Positions 49,828 to 59,419 of a stretch of DNA of 64,000 nucleotides are shown here, in pieces (position 1 is the first letter of the stretch; the number at the start of each line of letters is the position of its first letter). The notes under the pieces were generated by a model. It searched no databases. It was given only the letters and a program-made list of their open reading frames with translations, and was not told the DNA's origin. The position numbers were made by a program, and so were the translations under genes. The DNA comes from Selaginella moellendorffii (lineage: Eukaryota; Plantae; Lycopodiophyta). Where the stretch lies: positions 2,239,544-2,303,543 of the forward strand of contig NW_003314269.1 in assembly GCF_000143415.4 (NCBI RefSeq). The letters are read 5' to 3'.

Positions 49828-51374
49828 ATGTTGCCAGCGATTGTCCTCGTTCTAACTCTTGCGTTCTTCGTCACGCAATGGATGTGGAGCAAGCGCGGCA
49901 TCAAGCTCCCCCCAGGCCCCAGAGCTTTGCCTCTCATCGGCCACTTCCATCTCCTGGGAAGGATCCCCCAGATCTCACTCTATCACCTCTCCAAGAAGTT
50001 TGGACCCCTCATGTACTTGCGCCTGGGATCCGCGCCACTCATTGTGATTTCCAGTCCTGCCATGGCCAGGGAGTTCCTCAAGACCCACGATGCCGCATTC
50101 GCTCGCAGGCCACCCAGAGTGGCCGTAGACATTCTCATGTACAAGTGCAAGAGCCTATCTTATTCTGAGGGTGAGTACCACAAGAACATTAGGAGGATGT
50201 GCTCCATGGAGCTCTTCACGGCCAGGAGGGTCACCTCCTTCACCAAAATCATCCGGGACGAGCTGTGGGATCTTACTGCCGAGCTCGCCAAGGCTTCCAA
50301 GGCGGATCACCCAGTGGCACTGCGAGGCAAGCTGAGATCACTGAGCTTCAATGTCATGACTCGCATCCTCATGAACAAGACTTACTTTGGATCCAAGGCT
50401 TCCAGCGATGATCCCCAGGCGCGGGAATTTGTGGATGTGATTGACGAGGTGATGGATGCAGCCGGGGCGTTCTTCATAGCAGATTACTTCCCCAGTGTCG
50501 GCTGGCTCGACTGGAGCATAGCCCGTTGTAGACGAGCTCACCAGAGGATGGATGCGTTCCTGGACAAAGTTCTGAACGAGCAAAGACCCGGAGAAATTCC
50601 AGACTTTGTGGAGATGACGAAGGCGCGAGTGGACGGCCCTGAACAGGCCCAGTATCTCAAAGCCTTGCTAATGGTAAGTGAACTCTTGATTTGTTCGGGC
50701 TATCTTTGTTCTCGCATGGTCTTTTCTACTAGGATTTACTGCTTGGTGGCTCCGAGACATCGTCAACCGTGGTGGAATGGGCTATGGCTGAGCTTCTCCA
50801 CAATCCCGAGTGGATGGAGAAACTCCAGCAAGAGATTGAAAGCGTGGTTGGGCGAGATCGAATGGTGGAAGAGTCGGACTTGGCAAAGCTGGAGCTTGTC
50901 AACGCTGTTATCAAGGAGACATTTCGTCTCCATCCCCCGCTGTCGCTGATGGTCCCACACACGTCCCCGGAGCCTCGACTAGTTGCGGGCTTTGAGATTC
51001 CAGCAAAGGCAACCGTTCTCGTCAACACGTACGCCATTGGAAGGGACTCCCAGGCTTGGCCAAATGATCCGGACAAGTTCAAGCCTGGGAGATTTGTTGG
51101 TAGCAATATCAACGTCTATGGCCATGACTTTGAGTTGCTTCCTTTCGGATCCGGAAGGCGAGGTTGTCCAGGGCTTCCTCTTGGGCTGCGGAATGTTCAG
51201 TTGGTGCTCTCAAACTTGATCCATGGGTTTGACTGGAAATTTCGGGATGGAGCTACAAGGAAGTTGTCCTTTGAAAGCGGCCCTGGATTCATTAATATTA
51301 TTGCAGATGCTGTTGTCGCTCAAGTATCACCGAGACTTGAGCACTGTGCTTTTGACACTCTTGCAGCTTCGTAA
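49828..51374 (+). CDS. Clan-71 (A-type) cytochrome P450, copy 3, intact
   Basis: MLPAIVLVL anchor; intron at 50674-50732; DLLLGGSETSSTV; KETFR; FGSGRRGCPG. Confidence 0.93.
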
Positions 51375-51705
51375 CTCGTATATTACCTTGTACGTTTATG
51401 TAATATATAAAGCTAAAATGTAGAAAACGTGGGCTAGGGCACGGTTGGAAGTCATCGATTTCGTTTGTTACCTTTGAAGAATTCTACGAGTTATTGATTA
51501 ATATTTACGTCTTCGCATAGCTCACGGAATTGTCAAAGTGACAATGGGTCCAAAGGTAGAAAAAAACGCTAGGATGTAGAACTCTGCTTTGCATCATTCT
51601 TCCCTCCATCATTATATAGCGAGAACATGAACTATAACCATGTCAATATGAACTTGACATAGCTTCATGTCAATAACTTTTTGAAGAGGTGATAGAATAA
51701 CTTCT

Positions 51706-51920
51706 GTGGGGCGTTCACGCGCTTGCTCCAAATCCATTGTGTGATCAAGAAACACAAGAGTTAGAACGAGGACAATAGCTAACAACATCTCAATGTGACT
51801 CTTTATTTTTAGTCACTTCTCCATGTCAGAGCTGCCTTTTTAATGTCAAGAAAGCCTTAGAACAACTTAGAAGAGTGGTTCCAGCAATTGAGTGGAAAAA
51901 ATTGTCCTCTAAAAGTCAAC
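51706..51920 (-). pseudogene. 5' remnant (anchor codons plus proximal upstream sequence) of a fourth CYP450 copy
   Basis: ATG at 51788 gives MLLAIVLVLTLVF, then a frameshift. Upstream sequence (acttagaagagtggtt...aaattgtcctc) matches 43390-43450. Confidence 0.75.
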
Positions 51921-52383
51921 TCTAGAAAGCTTGTAATTTTATGAAGAAGAATATACAATAGAGAGAATCAATCCGGCAAATTGTTTTATCCGTGAAACCA
52001 ATGGCCTTGGCATGGCTTGCACAACCATGACACTGGGAGGTCCATGCTTGTCTTGCTCGATTCCCGTGACTCTCGTGAGTCGGCACCTGAGTCAACATAC
52101 TTTGGGTCAACTCCCCGGGCACATTTATTCCCTGGAAGTTTCAAGTGTTAGAGGCATTATGATATCTCTCTTCTCTTTTATGTTTTTCGATGTGCATTAA
52201 TTTTGTTCTGGATTATACTTTTTGCATTTAACATAGAAGTATTAATTTTCTTTTATTCTCATTGTTTCTTGGTATGTCTTGGTATGTTTATAATTTAAAA
52301 GAGTGATAAACTTATCTAGACCTTTTCTTATGAATAAAATTTAAGTGAATTGAAAAGTTTTTGGTACATAGACTGGATTTTTA

Positions 52384-52690
52384 CAATGGCACAAGTGATA
52401 TACCTCCTTTTTGGGAGATGGAAACTTTCAATTTCAATGACAATAGCAATGGAGTTTCCTTTGAGAGATGAACAGTTTAGATCTCATTGGCAATAGCAAT
52501 GGTATTTCCTCCTATATAAGAGATTGGAAATTTTTGGCAATGGGATTGACATTTCCTCCTATTTAAGAAATAATGTTGGATTTTATAAACAATGGCAATG
52601 GCATTTTTCCCATTTTGGGAGATGAAATTTTTCAATTCCATAGATAATAGCAATGGAGTTCCTCTCATTTAGGAGATGGAAAATTTGGAT
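52384..52690. repeat. Degenerate ~50-bp tandem repeat (about 6 units)
   Basis: Recurrent core caat(a/g)gcaatgg..tttcct...gagatg(g)aaa. Confidence 0.65.
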
Positions 52691-52899
52691 CTTGTGGACT
52701 GTTATGGACTTTTTGATACTGAAGTTATTATATGGATCTTTTTTGTATATTAAATAATATGGTGAGTTAAAAAAATTTAGAATTTTGTCATTGAGAAAAG
52801 AGGAGATGAAGAATTTACCAATAAAATACTAAAACAATGGAAATGAAAGAAATTTAATTCAAGGTTTGATTCCTGTTATGGCCAAGAGTGGTGAATATA

Positions 52900-53819
52900 T
52901 GTCGCAAATGTGACTTTGGGTATCGAAAGATACTTGTCGGCCAATCCTTACGGGCACTCTTTCCTTACTGCCACGATGGCAGGAGGTCGGTACTGCTGGT
53001 TCCTTTTATGGTCTCCACTCAAGCTAGTTGAGAAACTGGTCATCGCATGTGCACTTGACCAGATGAGCATAAGGACGGAATTCTTACATGCTATTTGTCA
53101 AGCATACTTGACCTGGTTAGAGAAACTCATTCGTTGACTTGCACTTGCTAGTGTTGGGAACCCCCATGATATTGAGATTAGTCCCTCAATATTCGCTAGA
53201 TGATAGCTTACCGTGTTTGCCAAACACCCTCGCTATCATACCCTTTGTGTTGGTCTCATTTCGGTCCCAAATGCTATTTATGGAAAGTGTCTAGATTAGC
53301 TCATTTGGCATATCTACGAAATGTAGAGACCGGCCTGAACACAATGGTGTTCGTCCCGTGTCCAAATTCGCAATCTAAGGACATTCCATATTTAGTAAGT
53401 TTCGGACTTGTCCCAGAGACTAACTCCTGGTACTAAGGGAGGCTTGGGGTGAAAGCCCAAAGCGTGTGTCCCTCAAAGGGGGGGGGGGGGGTTTGGGGGG
53501 TTCCAAATGTATAGTAGGGATAGTGGTTGGAATGCATGTCCGACCACCTGAGACATTAGTTTGGCTCCCGCTGGGCTGTGTCGCTCCTTGTTCTGCGTCC
53601 GGCTTGGGTCTAAGCCCAAGCTCCACGCTGCTCTAGTCGGTGGAGTACCCTCCTCCTTGCGTTAGGCCACCGGTATGCCAAAATTGTGCCAAACTCCGTC
53701 TGACACCATTTTGCGTGCAGGTGCTGGACACGGGGAGCTGGTGCTCGTGGGATTGCACCGGACCCTCGTTTCGTAGCGCAACGGGCTTGGAATTCGGCTC
53801 CAAATTCAGGTGCGCTACA
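52900..53819 (+). repeat. 5' LTR of element 1
   Basis: Begins TGTCGCAAATG and ends GCGCTACA, just before the PBS; homologous to 59335-59419 and 59420-60553. Confidence 0.9.
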
Positions 53820-53821
53820 TT

Positions 53822-53833
53822 TGGTATTAGAGG
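53822..53833 (+). other. Primer binding site (tRNA-iMet type)
   Basis: TGGTATTAGAG, one mismatch from the canonical TGGTATCAGAG. Confidence 0.85.
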
Positions 53834-54010
53834 GATTGTCTCAGCGATTCCTATCCAACTTTTGTTGGATTTTCTGACTCAAGCTGCATACGCAGAGACT
53901 TTTCTAGTAGATCCGAAGCGACCTGTGTAGGATTAGTTGGATTGCACCATTCGGTAAGAACGTTGTATGCATGTTCAGTTACTGATAGAGGCATGCATGC
54001 AACTAGCGGG

Positions 54011-57000
54011 ATGGTGAAACGGAATCGTGCTGATGACGCTGAAACCTCTAGACGGGCGAATCGAGAGGAGGAAACTCCTGCTAGAGATGCTGCGGAAGAG
54101 GCAGAGGCTAAGTCGGAAGAGGAAGAGCCAAATGCTGCGGCGTTGCAGCATACGGTTCAGGAAGTTGAGATTGAGAATTTGCGAAAGGAGATTCGCAAAT
54201 TAAAGAAGGAGAACAAGAAGAGGAAGAAAGAAGCTGAGGCAGCTAAACCAACAAAGCCTAAGCAACCGGACTCCTCTTCAAGTTCTGAGGACGATGAAGT
54301 TCTGCAGCTGCCCCCGGTTGCACGAGTTTCAAAGTTCAAGCCCCCAAAACCACCCAACTTCAGAAGCATGCGGGACTATCAGGTTTTGGAAGACTGGGTC
54401 TACAATATGGAGAACTACTTCATAGCGGCAGACGTAGATGATCGTACGAAAGTTGCATGCGCGCAATCCTTTCTCACCGATCATGCCAAAACTTGGTGGC
54501 GCCAAGTGTGTGCTAAAAAAGGGCAGACTAGAAGTTGGACCAAGATGCGATCTCGTATCCATAAGGAATACTTGCCGGATGATCTTGGTCTGAGACTTCG
54601 CGCGGAGCTACGGCGGTTAAAGCAGCGAGGGGATCTCATGCATTACGTTAATGTGTTTGCTCAGAAGCGCATTATGATTGCAAATATGAGTGACGAAGAT
54701 GCTCGGAGTTATTTTCTGGAGGGTTTAAGTTCACTTTCTCGCAATGAGATTTTGAAGTTTAAGCCGAAGACGTATCTGGAGTGTAAGGAGGCAGCGCAGC
54801 AAGTTGCCTTTAGTCACTCGCTCATGGAACAATATCAGCAACCGTATGCTGGTAACTCGGACAAGAATAGGAATTCTGGGAATAAACAAGGTGATCGGAA
54901 ACAGAGGGTGGAAAGTAGGTTCCGCCCTGAAGGCTCACAAGCAACGGTTAACAAAGGTGGTGGTGGTTGGAGACCACCAGCAGCTTCTTCTGGCCCTAGG
55001 CCCTCTGTTCCTCCTCCTGGTGGGTACAAGTAGCAGCAACCTGCAAAACCTACTCCTAGCGGAATGGGTAGTGTGGGTCATTGCTTCCATTGTGGAGAGT
55101 CAGGACATAGGTCCTTGGATTGTCCCAACAAGCATAAGACAAGGTCTTGAGTTAACGTCATGAGGGAAGACGGTGGTGATGAAGCTGAAAGGGTTGACGA
55201 GTTGGTCAATGCAGACTATGAGGAAGAAGAGGTGAGTAACTTTCGTTGCTTTCCTCAAACTTTTCTTGCAGTCAATGCAAACACTGATCCGTTGATGTAT
55301 CTGGTAGGCTTTGTCCGTGGACACCGAATCCGAGTGATGGTTGATACGGGAGCTACGCACAGCGTGATATCCGAAGATTTAGTTAAGTTGTTAGGATTGA
55401 ATGCTAAGCAAATGTCGCCTATGCACTTCCGGTTTGCGGAAGGTGGGCAAGTAGCCAGAAAGTTTGTGAGTGATGTTCCAATAAAGATATCCAAGTGGAA
55501 AGAAAGAGTGGACTTGGTAGTGTTGAAGATACCAGATTTTCAGATGGTGTTTGGTATGGATTTCTTCAACAAGTATATAAAAGGGATTTATGGTGCTGGA
55601 CAAAGTCGTATCATGTTGAAATCCGAAGGACGACCCGATGTGTCCTTCCAGTTGCAAAAGCGTTCCTCAAAGGATTGGGATGGAAAGTTTCTGACTGCGA
55701 GGGCCGCTCAAAAAGCAGCTAAGAGGGGATGTCGGACCTTTTGGGTTCAAGTGATGGAAGCGGAGAGTGTGGGTGACTCTGTTCGAATTGGCGACAGGGT
55801 TGATCTTGTACCAAAAAAGATATTGGAGTTGTTGGCACAGAATCAGGATATTTTCCTGAAGGATTTGCCACCAGGGCTACCCCCTAGCCGTGAGGTTGAT
55901 CATCGGATTGAGGTTATTTTGGGTTCTAAACCACCTACGAAAGCTCCGTATCGATTGAACATCAAAGAGATGGCTGAACTCAAGAAGCAACTCACGGAGC
56001 TTCTTGACAAAGGTCATATCCGACCCAGCAAGTCACCTTATGGAGCACCAATCCTTTTTGTTATGAAAAAGGATGGAACCATGAGGATGTGTATTAACTA
56101 TCGGGCACTCAATAAGATCACGGTCAAGAACAGTTATCCTTTGCCTCGCATTGATGACTTGTTTGACCAACTCTTAAAGGCTAAGTATTTTACGCGACTT
56201 GATTTACGGTCTGGGTATCATCAGATACGGGTGGCGGATCAGGATGTGGAGAAGACAGCCTTTAAGACTCGGTACGGATCTTATGAGTTCCTTGTCATGC
56301 CATTCAGGTTATGCAATGCTCCGGCAATGTTCAGCACTATGATGGATAGAATATTCGGAGATTATTTGGATGCATTTGTTGTCCTATACATCGACGATGT
56401 TCTAGTCTTCAGCGAAACGTTGGAGGATCATTTGAAACACTTGGAGCTGGTGTTTCAGAAGTTGCGCGAACACAAACTGTATGCTAAGGAAAGTAAATGC
56501 ACTTTTGGTCAATTGCGTGTAAACTTTCTCGGACATATAGTTGGTGGTGGCATGATTGAAGTCGATCCAAAGAAAGTGGAAGCGGTGAAGTCTTGGGAAA
56601 TCCCGACCACTGTATCAGATGTTCGTTCCTTTCTCGGTTTGGCGGGATACTATCGCAAGTTTGTCCGCAATTTCGCAAGGATTGCTCTTCCGTTAACTGA
56701 GTTGACAAAGAGTAGTATTCCGTTTCATTGGACACCAGCTTGTCAGCGTGCTTTTGTACGGTTGAAGGAGATCTTGACTACGGTTCCTGTTCTCAGGATC
56801 CCAGATCTTGATAAACCCTTCGAAGTGCATTGTGATGCGTCTGGCTATGCTATTGGTGCCGTGTTGCAGCAAGATTGTGACAAAGCGGTTGGTGTTACGC
56901 TAAGGCAACATGGTTGTCCCGTTGCGTTCTATTCCAAGAAATTGGATGAAACCCAACGAAGATGGCCAACGCATGAGAAAGAGATATTTGCTATAGTGTC

Positions 57001-58726
57001 GGCCCTGGAACACTGGAGACACTACTTGGGTGGACACACCAAGGTTTATACAGATAGTAACACACTAAGCTACTTTGCTACACAGCCTAAGCTTACACCG
57101 AAGCAGGCTCGTTGGCAAGAGAAGCTTGCTAGATATGATATTGAAATCATATATAAACCTGGTAAAGACAATATTGTTCCGGATGCGTTGAGTCGTCAAG
57201 CTCAATTCCGGGCAATATCGGCAATCAGTTCGGACTGGTTGGAAGACGTTCGGGCTTCATATGGAAGTGATCCATTGGCGAAGGCAATCTTATGCCGTGC
57301 GGGGTTGTTGAAGCAGAGCCCTGGTAGCGAAGCAGCAAAAGTTGCTAGTCGCACTAATGCGAAACTTCACTTCTCAGTTCGGGATGGGCTTATATTCTAT
57401 AAGCAAGAAAGATTGTATCTTCCCTCTAAGGATCTTCAGTAGTTATTTCTGCGGGAACATCATGATGTTCCAGCAGCGGGACATGGTGGACAGCGAAAGA
57501 CTCTAGCTTCATTGAAAAAGGGATTCTTCTGGTCTGGTATGGAAGGCGATGTAGTGGACTATGTCCGTTCCTGCCCTATATGCCAGCAATGTAAGCGCAA
57601 AGCTGAGAAGCAGGCTGGAAAGTTGCAATGCATTCCAGCACCGGCATGGCCATTTCAAAGTGTGACACTTGATTTCGTCACTTGCTTGCCGAAGTCTAAG
57701 GGTTATGATACTTTGATGGTGGTTGTGGATCGGTTGTCAAAGATTGCACACTTCATTCCAACTGTGGGAACAGTGAATGCGAAACAAGCAGCAAAGCTCT
57801 TTTTCCATGAAGTAGTGCGAGTTCGTGGTCTTCCTGAAGAGATGATCTCAGATAGAGATTCAAGGTTTACGGGGAAGTTTTGGGGCACACTGTTCCAGTT
57901 GTTTGGTACCAAGTTGAAGTTTAGTACGGCTTATCATCCTCAAACTGATGGGTAGACCGAACGTGTGAATGCTCAAGTTGAGGATTATCTACGGTACTAT
58001 GTTGCGGCGGACCAACTCGACTGGGTTGAGCATTTGGACACAGCAGAAATATGTTATAATAACACATTTCACAGCGCTATCGGCTGTTCTCCATGGGAGA
58101 TGCTGCAAGGGAATGCTCGTGGGGTTCCTCAACAGATTGTTGTACCGAAACCAATGACTGAAGTGTTGGTCCCAGCCATTGAAACTTATGCGGAGCAGCT
58201 CCGCCAAGGTTGGTCTAAAGCTACCAAGGCGATGGGCAAAGCTCAGGATAGGTATCGACGTGATAAGGATCAGCATCGTCGGAATGTATCCTATCAAGTG
58301 GGAGATCAGGTGTGGCTATCTTCCCGAAACTTGAACATTAAGGGTTCTTTGTCTCGGAAGCTCTTGCCGAGATATGTTGGACCCTATCGGGTGCTAAAAC
58401 GCATTGGTGATGTATCCTATCGGTTGGATCTGCCTGTGGAGATGTCCAATGTTCATAATGTATTTTATGCCAATCTATTGGCTCCTTACACTATGGATGA
58501 TGCACGTCAAGGGGAGATTCGTCTGCCACCAGATGTTGTGGATGGTGAACCTGAATACGAAGTTGAAAGCATTCTGGCTTGTCGCCGGAAACGTGGTGGT
58601 CGTGCAAAGGAATATCTCGTTAAGTGGAAAGGTTACCCGACCTGTGAATCAACTTGGGAACCTCTTAGTAATCTTACACATGCTCGTGAGCTTGTCACGG
58701 AGTATGAGAATTGTAATAAAGATTAG
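54011..58726 (+). pseudogene. gag-pol polyprotein in a single frame with four premature stops
   Basis: Gag; CFHCGESGHRSLDC zinc knuckle; protease [10 protein letters not shown]; RT YIDD; RNase H CDAS; integrase GH...CPIC, LDF, SDRD; chromodomain YEVESIL...EYLVKWKGY...TWEP. Stops at 55031, 55148, 57440 and 57953. Confidence 0.93.
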
Positions 58727-59321
58727 TTTTTGTAAATCTTGTAATCAATCTTGCAAATCAATAAAGTAATATATTTCTATAAATCAAAATGTCGTTTCTC
58801 TCGTTCATTCATACTTGGGTCAGTTTTGGCAGGTTGACTTCGGCACTTCGGTGCATGGGTCCAATCCATAACCATGGGGATAACTATTATAGACTGATCA
58901 CAAGTCCCCACCTCTCTCTCGATGACTCATTTTCGAAAAGGGGCGTGGTCATGTAAACAACTTAATCTGCCAGTTTATAGTAGTTATCTAAATCTTCCCG
59001 ACGGGGTTGATTTCTTGCTCAGGGGAAGTTGGGCCTCTGGCCCTCTCCCTATGTCCCTGCGGGCAGGGATGTATCATTCCTTTGTAAGCCGAGTGGTACT
59101 TGGAGCAGCAAGGGTGGCTAACTTTGCTAGTCATTTCCTTGTCGGTGACGGCCGGAGGGTGTCTGAGTCTTAACGTCTTTGGACGTAGAGGAGAGGTCGT
59201 TCCATAACTCATTTAAGTCGGTGCGTTTCCCACATAGTGTGCTTTCCGTTAACTTTTGGAGTTGTTTCCTTGACGGTTTGCTAGACTCGGGTATGCATCG
59301 ACGAGGACGTCGATCTTCCCC

Positions 59322-59334
59322 AAGGGGGGGAGAG
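59322..59334 (+). other. Polypurine tract
   Basis: AAGGGGGGGAGAG directly before the TGTCAC LTR start. Confidence 0.88.
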
Positions 59335-59419
59335 TGTCACGAATGTGATTTTGGGTATCGAAAGATATTTGTCGGCCAGTCCTTACGGGCACTCTTTCTT
59401 TACTGCCACGATGGCAGGA

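Larger units (their letters stand above)
52900..59419 (+). mobile_element. Ty3/Gypsy chromovirus LTR retrotransposon; 3' LTR interrupted after 85 bp
   Basis: 5' LTR TG...CA at 52900-53819; PBS; gag-PR-RT-RH-IN-chromodomain; PPT; 3' LTR start at 59335. Confidence 0.95.

Noticed and set aside
9510-51374. One window-wide alkaloid cluster (methyltransferases, decarboxylase, PQQ enzyme, SDR, CYPs)
   Set aside because: The enzymes are separated by many housekeeping genes, have different predicted compartments, and the decarboxylase is broken.
51624-51670. Small imperfect hairpin (acatgaa..atgtcaa/ttgacat..ttcatgt) between CYP3 and the CYP remnant
   Set aside because: Short AT-rich stems with no TSD or other support.
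52384-52690. CRISPR-like repeat-spacer array
   Set aside because: Eukaryotic context; the units are degenerate along their whole length, with no unique spacers and no cas genes.
55031-55039. Possible programmed stop-codon readthrough after gag (TAG CAG CAA)
   Set aside because: The context does not match CARYYA, the stop precedes the gag zinc knuckle, and three other C>T-type stops occur in the same frame.
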